DNA from: Octopus sinensis
Lineage: Eukaryota
Length of the DNA: 64,000 bases
Direction of reading: 5' to 3'
Assembly: GCF_006345805.1 (NCBI RefSeq)
Contig: NC_043011.1
Span: 44,838,464 to 44,902,463 of the forward strand
In this document: in pieces, positions 36,769 to 49,990 of the stretch
How positions within the stretch are numbered: position 1 is the first letter of the stretch
Layout of the letters: each line of letters opens with the position of its first letter
Program-made: the position numbers and the translations under genes
The notes under the pieces: model-generated
The model's input: only the letters and a program-made list of their open reading frames with translations
Told to the model about the DNA's origin: nothing
Databases searched by the model: none

Positions 36769-37148
36769 TGGAGGCGCACTGGCCCAGTAGTTAGGGCAGC
36801 GGACTCGTGGTCATAGGATCGCGGTTTCGATTCACAGACCGGGCGTTGTGAGTGTTTATTGAGCGAAAACACCTAAAGCTCCACGAGGCTCTGGCAGGGA
36901 TGGTGGTGATCCCTGCACTGTACTCTTTGACCACAACTTTCTCTCATCTTACTTCTGTTCTGCTGTACCTGTATTCAAAAGCGGAGCGCCTTGTTACTCT
37001 CTGTGTCACGCTGAATATCCCGAGAACTACGTTAAGGGTACACGTGTCTGTGGAGTGCTCAGCCACTTACACGTTAATTTCACGAGCAGGCTGTTCCGTT
37101 GATTCGGATCAACCGGAACCCTCGTCGTCGTAACCGACGGAGTGCTTC
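36769..37148 (+). mobile_element. SINE family C, full length, with a 12-bp TSD
   Basis: catctctgagtg at 36757-36768 and 37149-37160; tRNA-like head. Confidence 0.92.
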
Positions 37149-37738
37149 CATCTCTGAGTGCTCGGAGTTTCTAAACAACACGACTCATGACGCCTAAATT
37201 GTCACAAATAAAAAGTTACTTATCTTCCCACTTTGCATTTCCTAACTCCGAGGCCTCAGATAAATGACCCAGCTTCTCGTAAAGAAAACAAAAGCGAAAG
37301 CAGTATTAATACTTTTTTTGGAATTAATTATCGACCCCGCATGTCTACACTTCGTTTCATTCCGGCCTCTGATCGACTCTCAACAATTGCTGTGGTCATT
37401 CTGCATGTAGTCATTCCTGCCAAATATCATTTCTTACGTCAACCACAGTCACACACACAATCTTAACTCTGCCCATCAACCCCTACCTGTACATCCATAA
37501 GGTTATTTTCATTATTCATAAACACACATACACACACACATACACACACACGCGCGCACACATACACACACACACACACACATACACATATGCATAATCT
37601 AGACCGTGTCACGTGTGCACCGTGGTCCTCTACGTGCGCACCCATACGACTGTTTTCATTATTACAACTCTGCACTTTATCACTTGCATTCATTAATCTC
37701 TCGTTAACATTCATACAACGATTTTTCGACACCCACAC

Positions 37739-38139
37739 AAGGCGGCGAGCTGACAGAAACGTTAGCACACCGGGCGAAATGCTTACCGATATTTTGTCTG
37801 CCGCTGCGTTCTGAGTTCAAATTCCGCCGAGGTCGACTTTGCCTTTCATCCTTTCGGGATCGATTAAATAAGTACCAGTTACGCACTGGGGTCGATATAA
37901 TCGACTTAATCCGTTTGTCTGTCCTTGTTCGTCCCCTCTGTGTGTAGCCCCTTGCGGGTAGTAAAGAAATAGGTATTTCGTCTGCCTTTACGTTCTGAGT
38001 TCAAATTCCGCCGAGGTCGACTTTCCTTTCATCCTTTCGGGGCCGATAAATTGAGTACCAGTTGCGTGCTGTAGGGTTGATCTAATCGACTAGCTTCCTC
38101 CCCACAAAATTTTGGGCCTTGTGCCTAGAGTAGAAAAGA
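37739..38139 (+). mobile_element. SINE family A, dimeric
   Basis: Two ttctgagttcaaattccgccgaggtcgac modules. Confidence 0.9.
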
Positions 38140-38567
38140 TATTCAACACACACACACACACACGCACTTACACGCACTTACACACACGCACTTACACGCA
38201 CTTACACACACGCACACACACAGATATATATAACACATACACACAACGTACGAGTAAACACAATGCTTAATTTCGAACTTTCAGATCTCAAGCAACCACA
38301 TCTGTAAAAAAATCACCAACAGAAACAAGTCTAGTAAAATACTGGCTGGGGATGTTCTTCCTGTGGATAGGCCTGTATAAGGTAATAGCATAGTGCACAC
38401 CTTCATTGGTGTCAACCCCCCACTGGAGTCCCTATCATGATAAGCAGGATATTGTTTCGAAGGACATTCGTGTCGTTGCCTATTATGGATATTACTGAGG
38501 GTCACTAACCGGTTTGAGATAACACTCTGCATATACAGAAGTACCACCTTGCTGAACTGTTCGAGAT

Positions 38568-38750
38568 GGCGTAGGAGTGGCTGTGTGGTAAGTAGCTATA
38601 TTACCAGCCACATGGTTCCGTGTTCAGTCCCACTACGTAGCACCTTGGGCGAGTATCTACTACTATAGCCTCGGGCCGGCCGACCAAAGCCTTGTGAGTG
38701 GATTTGGTAGACGGAAACTGAAAGATGCCTGTCATATATATACATATATG

Positions 38751-38805
<55 letters not shown>

Positions 38806-39005
38806 GTATATGTTTGTCTCACCAACATCGCTTGACAACCGATGCTGGTGTGTTTACGTCCCCGTAACTTAGCGGTTCTACAAAAGAAACCGATAGAATA
38901 AGTACTGGGCTAACAAAGAATAAGTCTTGGGGTCGATTTGCTCGACTAAAGGCGGTGCTCCAGCATGGCTGCAGTCAAATGCCTGAAGCAAGTAACAGAT
39001 TAAAG
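38568..39005 (+). mobile_element. SINE family B, full length
   Basis: ggcgtaggagtggctgtgtggtaag head; tail ggcggtgctccagcatggctgcagtcaaatgcctgaa. Confidence 0.9.
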
Positions 39006-39789
39006 AGTGTGTGTGCGAGCCACGAAGCGGTGCTGCATGCACTCATACAGTACATACAGCACACCTTTATTATTACATTGATATATACACATACAAACAG
39101 GAGTAGACTATGTCCATTGGATTCTTGTTCTCCACCCATACAATTAACTATTCATACGAGAGACGGGGAAGAACTGTTCTTCCAATCCGTTGACCTTTAT
39201 TTACAATACAATTTTAAAAAAGCGATATTTTTAAAACTCTGTTTTTATTTATACATTACAAACCCCTGCTTCGTATGTCAAACTCATCCCTTTTCCCGCT
39301 TCATATATTCTCAACCCTAACTCACCCACTAAGGAGAAAAATCTCTATTCGCTCGGACAAACAGACAATTCCTTCAAAAACGTTAAATTCCATACACACA
39401 CACACACACACGCGCCCCCATGGAGAACAAACATTAACTACACTAAACTTTGAGTGTTGCTGATTTGTGGAATTATATCACACCACCACCAAATTTCCAT
39501 CTTGTACTAAAGTTAGGGCAGTTGTGTCTTTACGTCCTCAGAAAACCGAAACCAATTTTACCTTTCAGTCTTCCTGAAACGATACAAAAAGTACCAGTCA
39601 TATACTGGTTTCAATATAGTCGCTTGTGCTCTCCCCGTCACTTTAAAATCTTTCATTGTCTTCCACAATAATTAGGATATATTCTTCCAGTTTAACGTGG
39701 GTGGTCCCACGACGCGCATCGTCGATAATTACACGTGCACGCTGTCCATTCCTGTGTTATCTTCGCGCTACACCAAAAGCCGAGTCTAT

Positions 39790-40235
39790 AGGCGCAAGAG
39801 TGGCTGTGTGGTAAGTAGCTTGCTTACCAACCACATGGTTCCAGGTTCAGTCCCACTGCGTGGCACCTTGGGCAAGTGTCTTCTGCTATAACTTCGGGCC
39901 GACCAAAGTCTTGTGAGTGGATTTGATAGACGGAAACTGAAAGAAGCCCGTCGTATGTATGTATATGTATATATGTGTGTGTGTGTGTGTGTTCGTGCGT
40001 GTATCTGTGTCTGTCTGTCTGTGTGTGTCTGTGTCTGTGTTTGTCCCCCTAACATCGCTTGACAACTGATGCTGGAGTGTTTACGTCCCCGTAACTTAGC
40101 GGTTCGGCTAAAGAGACCGATAGAATAAGTACTAGGCTTACAAAGAATAAGTCCCGGAGTCGATTTGCTCGACTAAAGGTGGTGCTCCAGCATTGCCGCA
40201 GTCAAATGACTGAAACAAGTAAGAGAATAAAAGAA
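39790..40235 (+). mobile_element. SINE family B, full length
   Basis: Same head, body and tail as 38568-39005. Confidence 0.9.
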
Positions 40236-40263
40236 TATATATTTATGTACACACTCACACACA

Positions 40264-40482
40264 CGAGGGGGAGGGCTGAAAAGTTACTGGTTTTGGTTAA
40301 GAGAAAATACAGAAGAATCAGTTAATAATGACTTTATTTAACAACATATTCCCCCGCTCAGATTTACAGACTTATTGCATCTCTCCTTCGGTTTAGCCCC
40401 GAAAAAGAGCTCGAATGGTTGCGCCTCCAACCAAGCCTTTCCCTACGCTTTATAAACCAGGAACTTTTTAGCATCCCCATCG
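40264..40482. mobile_element. Mariner-type MITE (second copy 60498-60712)
   Basis: TIRs cgaggggg..gctgaaaagttactgg and ccaggaactttttagcatccccatcg; shared interior tatt.aac.acatattcccc.ctcagatt. Confidence 0.8.
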
Positions 40483-40901
40483 TATATATATATATATATA
40501 TTTATATCCTTTCTCCTCCACTCACCATCTTTCTTACATTCTTCATCTCACTCTCTCTCTCTCTTCCTTTGTTTTCCCCTCTCTCTCTCTCTCTCTCTCT
40601 CATCACTACCCTCCTCCTTCCCTCTCTCTCCCGCATAATACATGTCAAAACAAGCCACTCGCAATCAACTTCCCTCTCAGTACACTTCAAATATTTATTC
40701 TTGTTGTTGTTATTGTTGTCTTAGTCGCATTGTTTGTGCCTGTGACTGTGGAGTGATAATATCTGACTGTGTCAAGGGTGAGAATGTACAAGTGTGTGTG
40801 TGTGCGTGCGCGTGATTAGTATTTCTAACTTATTTGTTACTAACTTGTATGTTAGTGTTTATCCCACACATAACATGTCGATTCACATATGCAATATGCG
40901 T

Positions 40902-41220
40902 GGAGGTGCAATGGTCCAGTGGTTAGGGCAGCCAACTCGCGATCGTAGGATCGCAGTTTCGATCCCCAGACCGTGCGTTGTGAGTGTTTATTGAGTGAAA
41001 ACACCTAAAGCACCACGAGGCTCCGGCAGGGGGTAGTGGCGAACCCTACTGTATGCTTTCACCCCAACTTTCTCTCACTCTCTCTTCCTGTCTCTGTTGT
41101 ACCTGCATTTTCAAAGGGCCAGTCTTGTCACACTCTGTGTCACGTTAAATCTCCCTGAGACCTGCGTTAAGGGTACACGTGTCTATGGAGTGCTCAGTCA
41201 CTTGCACGCTAATTTCACTG
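40902..41220 (+). mobile_element. SINE family C
   Basis: ggaggtgcaatggtccagtggttagggcagc..gtttcgatcccc head. Confidence 0.85.
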
Positions 41221-41239
41221 TTGATCGTACACCCCTTTT

Positions 41240-41770
41240 ACAGGTAGTCTTTCAGTTTAAGCCCTTTTGAGTCCCAAAAATGAGTTAGCATCACCTTTCC
41301 TGTGCTGGCACCTTTCCTCTGTCTTTTGTATTCTGCCTCATAATGATGACCCACATTTCATTTCCTGTGACTATGCTGCTCAAAAATTCCTCATCCTCAT
41401 TTTTGTAGTGATCAAGTAAATGTTAGCAGATCTCAAGACGTTTCAGCTTGTGCTATGCAGTAAGCTCTCTTGGCCCCCATCTTGCACAGACGTTATGGAA
41501 GCCGAGCTCATCGTGGAAGGTTTTCACCACCTGAAACACCTTCCGATCAGAGAAATCGGATCACTGCTCTTTGTTCTTCTTTGCTGCACATTGCTAGTGA
41601 AGCGACCATGCTTGCACTATTAAGCCAGAAAGAAAAATGACGCGATCGGGCTCAAATCTCGATCAGGTGACCACAATAGTACCAACTATAAACACGCATG
41701 CGCAGAAGGCAGTGTGACAATAATAAAGATATGTCATGGCGAAAGTGCAGATAATTTTTGATATCCCCTA
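41240..41770 (-). pseudogene. Decayed mariner transposase N-terminal and first-D fragment
   Basis: Manual translation ELGFHNVCARWGPRELTA*HKLKRLEIC*HLL..EEFLSSIVTGNEMWV..FWDSKG resembles mariner LG..KVCARWVPR..IVTGDETWV..VFWD. Confidence 0.8.
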
Positions 41771-42399
41771 GTACAGCTGCACCTCTATATATTTATATAT
41801 AGCTGCACCTCTGTATATTTATATTATATATGTAATTACCTACGTACATGTATGTGCATGTACATGTACGTCTTGTCAAGGTAAAGTGGTTTTGATAATG
41901 TTATCTATGTTCTTCAATCTGAAGTGCTCTATTTAAGATAGCACGACCGGCACCGCAGCTACTATCACTATTACCACCATCACTATAACTACCTATAAAT
42001 ATGTATATGAGTGTGTGTGTACATCCATATAGAGAAGTTATGATATAATTTTTTTTCTATGGCTCAGTGGTTAGGGCGTCGAGCTTACAATCATGTGATA
42101 GTGAGTTTGATTCCTGGACCGGGCTCCCTGTTGTGTTCTTGGGTAAAGACACTATTTCACGTTGCTCCAGTTCACTCAGCTGTAGAAATGAGTTGCGACG
42201 TCACTGGTGCCAAGCAGTATCGACCATTGCCTTTCCGTTGGATTACATCAATGGCGTGGAGAGCGGGGCTGGTATGCATGGGCGACTGTTGGTCTTCCAT
42301 AAACAACCTTGCCCGGAATTGCGCCTTGGCGGGAAACTTTCTAGGTGCAATCCCATGGTCATTCATGACTGAAGGGTGTCCTATTATACACACAAGGGC

Positions 42400-42590
42400 T
42401 GAAACTTTGGGGGAGGGGGATAGTCTATTACATCAACACCAATGTACAACTGGTACTTATTTTATCAACCTCGAAAGGAACAAAACGCGAAGTCGACCTC
42501 GGCGGAATTTGAACTCAGAACGTAAAGACGGATGAAATGCCGTTAACCAATTTGTCCTGTGTGTTATCGAGTTTGCCAACTCGCCGCCTT
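42400..42590 (-). mobile_element. SINE family A
   Basis: gtcgacctcggcggaatttgaactcagaacg is the reverse complement of the family A B-box region. Confidence 0.8.
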
Positions 42591-42609
42591 GAATTATGAT
42601 GTAATATAT

Positions 42610-42977
42610 GGGATGGAAGCACTCCGTCGGTTACGACGACGAGGGTTCCGGTTGATCCGATCAACGGAACAGCCTGCTCGTGAAATTAACGTGTAAGTGG
42701 CTGAGCACTACACAGAACCGTGTACCCTTAACGTAGTTCTCGGGATATTCAGCGTGACACAGAGAGTGACAAGGCCGGTCCTTTGAAAATACAGGTACAA
42801 CAGAAACAGGAAGTAAGTGGAGAGAAAGTTTGGTGAAGAGTACAGGCAGGGATCACCACCATCCCTGCCGGAGCCTCGTGGAGCTTTAGGTGTTTTCGCT
42901 CAATAACTCTCACAACGCCCGGTCTGGGAATCGAAACCGCGATCGCTGCCCTAACCACTGGGCCATTGCTCCTCCAC
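42610..42977 (-). mobile_element. SINE family C with a 12-bp TSD
   Basis: gatgtaatatat at 42598-42609 and 42978-42989. Confidence 0.9.
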
Positions 42978-43551
42978 GATGTAATATATACCGGATATAA
43001 TAATCTGAGATTAAGGAAAGAAAACTGTGTACACCTGAATAAAAATTTAGTAAAATTTTCCAGCAGATGCTAACATAATGCTAAACATCAGTTAACAAAA
43101 TGAAAAACGAATAAAAGAAGAAACCTATCTGTGCCGAACTAATAAGAAATCTGCAGTTGCATGAGGTTTATGCTTGTAATTATTACACGTTTTAGATACA
43201 TAGTTAACTGTGTTAGTTCCAATCTTGAGAAGCTAAACTTTACAAAACAAGAAAGAATGCGGTTAATGGTGAAATTCCAGTTAATAAGATATTCAGGGAA
43301 TACTGAAAGTATACGAAATATTATCGAAGTTTAACATATTATAAGAGCATATACACGCGTGTTGATATGGTGATATATGTATACATACATACATACATAC
43401 ATACATACACACACACATATATATTAAACGATACAGATCTGCATATCTAATGACATCCATGCTCGTATATATGCATATGTATGCACAATTATGCATATTT
43501 GCATGCATAAGGAAACGCACACATAAGGACAACATACCCATGCACAAAGAG

Positions 43552-43582
<31 letters not shown>

Positions 43583-43700
43583 AACAGATGGATGGATGGA
43601 TGGATGGATGGATTCATACACACACACACGTACAAACACACACACGAAATTAAAGCAGCTTTAGTATAATAAATATTATTAAGTACATATACGTAATGTA

Positions 43701-43818
43701 TATGCTTCGTGTATGTTCCGGTGGCTGCAATAGCGTGGTGGAGTATATACACTCGGCAGTTTGAGAGTGTATATACTCCCCCACGCTACAGCAGCCACCG
43801 GAAAATACACGAAACATA
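43701..43818. other. Long near-perfect hairpin (arms of about 54 bp, 10-nt loop)
   Basis: ttcgtgtatgttccggtggctgcaatagcgtggtggagtatatacactc / ggcagtttga / gagtgtatatactcccccacgctacagcagccaccggaaaatacacgaa. Confidence 0.85.
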
Positions 43819-43867
43819 CAATAAGTATATGTAGTTAATAATAGTTATGTATGTATCTTCTATTTTT

Positions 43868-44385
43868 TTTTTAATTATTAGAAATCTTCCTCTGAGGAGG
43901 GAGTCGGTTTCCAACAATGATACAAGGCCCCATCTTTGGGATGTAGAGAACACAGGCAAATTCACATTTGGAACTTGAGAAAAGTCTTGCATATTTTTAC
44001 TGTTCCACTCACAGATTGCACTTGTAATGTACGAATTAGCCCGACGATTTCTCTTTCTGAAAATCCCAGTTTATCCTGATTCGCCTTTAAGCATTTACTA
44101 ACAAAACCTAGTGCTCCAATTATTATTGCTATGAAAATTAATTCATAGTCTGGATATAGAAGCTGGAGGTTTCGAAGTAGTTGTCCATAGATTATCCTCT
44201 TTCTCTTTGATTTTCAAAGAGATATTTATATCTTCAGGGCAGATGGCCTCTATGATGGTACATACCTTTGCCCCTCTGTCCCAAACAATAATATCCGGCC
44301 TGTTATGTTTATATTTGACAGGGTTTTTGATGGAATATTCCACCAGTATTCCTTGAGTTGGTGTTTACGAATTTATTGCACAAGA
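43868..44385 (-). pseudogene. R4/Dong-type LINE 3' fragment encoding the restriction-like endonuclease C-terminus
   Basis: EYWWN / KHNRPDIIVWDR..CTIIEAICPEDINISLKIKEKEDN / [37 protein letters not shown], a PD-(D/E)xK RLE pattern. Confidence 0.85.
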
Positions 44386-44639
44386 GAGAGTTGTTCTAAG
44401 TTTATCTCCACTTAAATGTGAAACTCTCATATAGGCTTTTGGGGCAGAGTGCGCTCTTCTTTCTATCGGTAACGGGGAGATAAATCCTCGCTACCTCGAG
44501 CGCCGAGGCTACCAGTATGAGAGTTTCTCTCATGGTAACTACCGTAGTATAGTTTTTTCCAACAGAGCATCCACGTTCAAGTGGGGCTAAATACATATGT
44601 ATGTACAAATGTATGTATTTAAGTATGTATGTATGCTTG

Positions 44640-45000
44640 CATAGCGCGTGGCCTAGTGGTTAGGATGTTGTCCTCTCGATCGCGATATCGTGGTTTCGAT
44701 TCCTAGACTAGGCATTATGTTGTGCTCTTGAACAAAACACTTCACCTTAAATTGCTCTGCGACAACTTCAACATGGATGGGACGCCGGTCTGTCGCAGGT
44801 GAGCCGCTAGATGCAGGAGGAAAGAGTGAGGGAAAGTTGTGGCGAAAGAGTTAGCAGAAGTTCACTATTACCTTCTACCGTGGCTATATGAATTCATATT
44901 CATACCAATAATAAACACACACATCGCCCGGTCTGAGATTCGAGCCCGCGATCCTTCGACGGCGAGTCCGCTTCTCTAACCACTAGGCCATGTGCCTCCA
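44640..45000. mobile_element. Two degenerate SINE C/D-type copies in opposite orientation
   Basis: gcgtggcctagtggttagg at about 44646 (+) and cctagtggttagagaagcggactcg (minus) at about 44990. Confidence 0.65.
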
Positions 45001-45082
45001 CAGCACAGATATTTCATCACTGTAAACAAGTTATCTGTGCAGGTTGTTCAGCAAGAAATCGCAAGACTCTCATCTGTCCTTT

Positions 45083-45145
<63 letters not shown>

Positions 45146-45373
45146 TGTATTTGGTTTGCAGGATTCTTTATGTGAATTCGTGTATTGAAGCATATTTATT
45201 GTGTCTGGAGAGAGTCATTCTCTTTTATTGCCTTATTACTTAACACGCTCACCGGTTTGATTTTTACTCTTTTACTTATTTATATTTCTAGAAAAAATAG
45301 ATAAATAAGTGGAATTCGAACTGGTGAGTGTGTTAAGTAGTAAGGCACTAAAAGAGAAATACTCTCCCCCAAA

Positions 45374-45429
<56 letters not shown>

Positions 45430-45432
<3 letters not shown>

Positions 45433-45890
45433 GACAAGAACGCAAAGCATCCTGAGAGGTTAGGTGAAAGGGACAACAAAGCATCCAGATAGACGATACA
45501 AAGAAAACAAGGTCGGATCATTCGGAGTTTTCTTTCCTCAGTCGAGTTCCAGATTACCTTTGCAATTTCAGCTGGTTATACTCGAGATTGCTCCAATCTG
45601 GCCAGCCTCAAGGAAAAACTAAGCTAAGAGCGTTAGATTCCTTGGAAGAAAGCAGCGGATGTATACAAAAAAAAGAACGGAAAAAAAACGGAGAAGGTTA
45701 CACAAATAGAAATAAGAGGACATAACAACAGGTGTCTTTCGACTAAGGACTAATTAAATTAAGCTGGCGTGTGGGGAAGTAAAGCCTTACGGCAGGTATA
45801 CAAGATTTCACAGGCACAGGGACGAATATAGATGTTGCACGGACAGCGGCCGAACCAAGAAAGAACGGTCAGGCTTGGCCGAGGAAAATA
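45430..45890. repeat. (TA)n-adjacent dispersed repeat (family shared with 17700-18000)
   Basis: See the shared motifs listed for 17700-18000. Confidence 0.65.
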
Positions 45891-45989
45891 TCCAACTATA
45901 TTAAAATTAAGATACTTGAATATTTTCATACACTTCTTAACATGCTTTAATTCACATATAAAGTAATATATATATATAATCGTCTGCTT

Positions 45990-46410
45990 GTTTCAGTCAT
46001 TAAACTGCGGCCATGCTGGGATACCGTATTGAAAATGTTTAAGTGGAATGAATTGATCCCAGTACTTAGCATAGTACTTATTACATAGGTGTCTTTTGTC
46101 GAATGGCTAGCTTACATGGACGTAAACACACCAACAGTGGTTATCAAACGGTGGTGGACACACACACATACTGATATATATAATATAGATTATATATATT
46201 ATATATATATATTATAATATATATAGTATATATATATGTGTGTGTGTGTGTTTGTATAAACGACGGACCTCTTCCTCTTTCCAATTTCCGTCTAAAATCC
46301 ACTCACAAACTCTGGTCGGCCCGAGGATATTGTAGAAGACATTTGCCCAAGGTGCCACGCAGTGGGACTGAATCTGGGATCGTGTAGTTGGGAAGCAAAC
46401 TTCTTACTAC
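45990..46410 (-). mobile_element. Degenerate SINE family B
   Basis: Tail actgcggccatgctggg and head gtgccacgcagtgggactgaa, both in reverse. Confidence 0.75.
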
Positions 46411-46499
46411 CAATGCCCTATTTTTGTTCTTCCCGAGCCTCAACTAATACCCTGTTTGTTGTTCCTTCACCTATCTTTTGTTTTTCTGTAAATTTGACC

Positions 46500-46910
<411 letters not shown>

Positions 46911-47029
46911 AATCCTTAAAATCCTTAAAAATGTTTTAGCCAGCCCGAAGGCCGCGGCCATGCTGGGGCACCACCGCTGATGAGCCACACTAGTTTGTGA
47001 ATCCACCTCTGATACGTGGCACTTGATCA

Positions 47030-49990
47030 ACAAGGGAGTTCGATGCGCTGCCCGCATCCGCGTCTCCTGTCGTGAGGTAGGTTCATCTGGGACTTCCAAC
47101 AAGAAGAGATCCAGTTTAGTTTTAAAGAAACCCACATCCACACCATGTAAGTCTCTCAGGCATTTAGGGAGGATGTTGAAAAGCTGTGGTCCTCTGAAAC
47201 CCAAGCTGTTGCAGTATCTGGACCTGTATTTTGATGGTGATGTTGGAATCCTTGGCCACGCAGCGGCGCCCCGTTCTGCGGTTGGAGTAACTTTGAATGC
47301 CAAAGTTTGGGATAAGACCCTCCAGGATTTTCCAGATTATATTTACTGCATATCTCTCTCCCCGCCTCCGCTCCAGGGAGAAGAGGTTTAATACCTTCAG
47401 TCTTTCCCAGTAGCTGACATTTTGCATTGAGACGATTTTCTTTGTGTAGCTTCTCTGAGTTGCTTCGAGTTCTGCTGTTTGTTTTATATTGTGTGGTGAC
47501 CAAAGTTGGGAGCAGTAGTCCAAGCGGCTGAGGACAAATGTTTTCCATAGGACCATCATTGTCTCCTTCTCTCTTGTTCTGAAAGTTCGGAGAATCCATC
47601 CAGCTAGCCGTCTGCATTTTATCACCAGATTAGCAATATGCATTTGGAAAGATGCATCATTGCTCATGTCAATGCCCAGGTCACGCACTGATTTTGACTC
47701 AGGGATTGCAATTCTTCCTGGGCCAGTGTATCCAGTCTTCACGTCATTTACCTTTGTGTGCCAGTAGCGCAGGGCCTGGAACTTACCTGCATTAAACTGC
47801 ATGTTGTTGTCCTCAGCCCACCTGTATATTGTGTCCAGCTCATGTTGCAGATGCGCAATATTTTCAGGGTTTTGTATTGCGTGGGAGACCTTTGTGTCAT
47901 CTGCATAGCTAGCAAGGGTGGTCATCGTAGCAACTGAAGGCATGTCTGAAAGGGCCACTATGAACATCAGTGGCCCCAAGACAGTGCCCTGTGGGACACC
48001 GCTTGTTATTTGCGTTTCCCTGGAGGTGGCTCCATTGCTCACAACTGCCTGTTTTCTGTCTTTTAGGAAGTTGTGCAGCCACTCTCCAAGTTTCCCGCCT
48101 ATGCCGAGACCACGCAGTTTTATGACAGATCATACCATGGTCGACTTTATCAAAGGCTTTTGCAAAGTCAAGATATATTACATCCACATTTGAGCCATTT
48201 AGTAGCTGTTTCAACACCCAGTCATAGTGTTGCAGGAGCTGTGTTAGGCAGCCTCTACCTGGTCGAAATCCATGCTGGGTGTCAGACAGTAAGTCATTTT
48301 CTTCAAGGAACATGATTAGTTTCTTACGGACTATTCGTTCCATGACTTTGCTGATGTGTGAGGTCAGAGAGATAGGCCTATAATTTTTAGCATCTGCTCT
48401 GCTACCTCCCTTATGGATAGGGCATATTACCCCCTCTTTCAGTTTGACTGGGAGCTTACCACTTGCAAGAAAGCTCTGAAAAAGAAGCTGTAGCGGTTTT
48501 GCAAGGGCTCGTTTGCACGATTTGAGAAGGATCGCTGGGAATCCATCAGGTCCAGCAGCTGAGTTTGTGTCAATCTCATCAATGGCTAGTGTGATATCAT
48601 CTTCTTCGATGTTGATGTACTCAATTTTGTCTCTTTGGCCGCTGGTAAAGTGGCAAAGAATTCTTCTGGGTTGTTTACTTGCCTGTGTCCTAGAGGTGTA
48701 GTGAACACACTTTGGAACTGTTCGTTCAGTATTTCACTTATCCTCGTGGGATTTCCTGTGAGAGAGCCATCTTTTTGGAAGAGAGGTCCTTTCTCTGGTG
48801 CACTGTGGCTGTCTCTTTGGCAAACTTAAAGAAAGCTTTAGGGTTTGATTTTATATTTTCTATTACCCAAGCTTCTTTATCTGCTCTCTCCTCCTTTTCA
48901 TGGGACTGATGTAGACTTTTCTCAGTTTCCATTAGCATTCTTTCGAGCCGAGACTTCTCACCACTTTTGGTGTGCTTGCTCAGGCGGTTTGCAATCCTTG
49001 TCCGTCGTCTCATAAGAATCCTCCTTTCTCTAGGGATCCTGTTTTTATTCTTGTGTGTGCTGGCCCTGCACATTGGGACATATTTGTCACATATGGCTTG
49101 TATTATGGACATGAAGTGTTTGTGTTTCATGTTTATGTCCGGTGTGGAGAGACATTCAGGCCAATCCTGTTTGAGGATCTCTTTCTCAATCGACTTCCAG
49201 TTGGCTTTATGAAAGTTTAAGTTGGAGAGATGGTGGGTGCTTCGTATAGGCTGTGTGTCTGCGGGGCTTTTGTTCCATACATAGACAGCTCTATTATGTT
49301 GTGATCCGAGATCATTGTCGGCATCACATTAACATTATGGATAATATCCATATTGTTTGTAAGCAGAGATCCAGTATATTATCTGCCCTTGTTGGTTGCA
49401 GAACTATTTGCTCCATGAAAGAGGTATTTGTGAGATGGAGCAGGGACTCCACCTGTGCCTGCTGATGGTGTGTCATCCCTGGGAGCATCTGCCCCCCAGG
49501 CCATTCCACATTGGGGAGGTTAAAGTCACCCATGAAGAATACACTGTTGTGTGCTGTTCAAGGTTGGTGAGGACTTCTCCTATTTTTGTTAGGCAGTCTT
49601 CAAACATGCCTGAGTGTTTTGGGGCGTCTGGTGGGCGATATGTAGTGCATATGACGATATTCAGTTGTCTTATGTGTACAATTTGAGTTTCACATACTGA
49701 GTTTGAATATGACAGCAGGACCTGGGGCGTGAGGTCATCTCGGATGTACATTGCAACTCCACCATGGCTCCTCCCTTTTCTATCTGTGCGTATGACTGCA
49801 TATTGCGGCATGTGTATTTCTGCATCACCTATATCGGGTTCAAGATGCGTTTCTGTGAGTGCCATGCATATAGCTTGATTGCATGTCACAAGGTCTCTCA
49901 GGAATGAAATTTTCTTTTTACAGTTTCCGCGCAGCAGCCCTCCTACATTCAGTAGAAATATTTTTGTGGTGTGTGTGTTGGTGTTGGTGT
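47030..49990 (-). pseudogene. LINE ORF2 (apurinic-like endonuclease plus reverse transcriptase), frameshifted as assembled
   Basis: APE: LLNVGGL, LTETHL, RTDRKGRSHGGVAMY, YRPPD, MGDFNLPNVEW, NILDL. RT: SAAGPDG, KNYRPISLTS, QHGFRPGRGC, YLDFAKAFDKVDH, SGVPQGTVLGP, YADDTK. C-term: LDYCSQLWSP, SLERRR. Confidence 0.95.

Noticed and set aside
45520-45545. ctgagga..gaa motifs (also 10031-10056 and 17740-17766) as hammerheads
   Set aside because: No canonical stem II or GAAA-NUH geometry.
46976-47000. ctgatgagcc in the LINE 3' UTR (also 21325 and 62430) as a hammerhead core
   Set aside because: No downstream GAAA/stem III arrangement.
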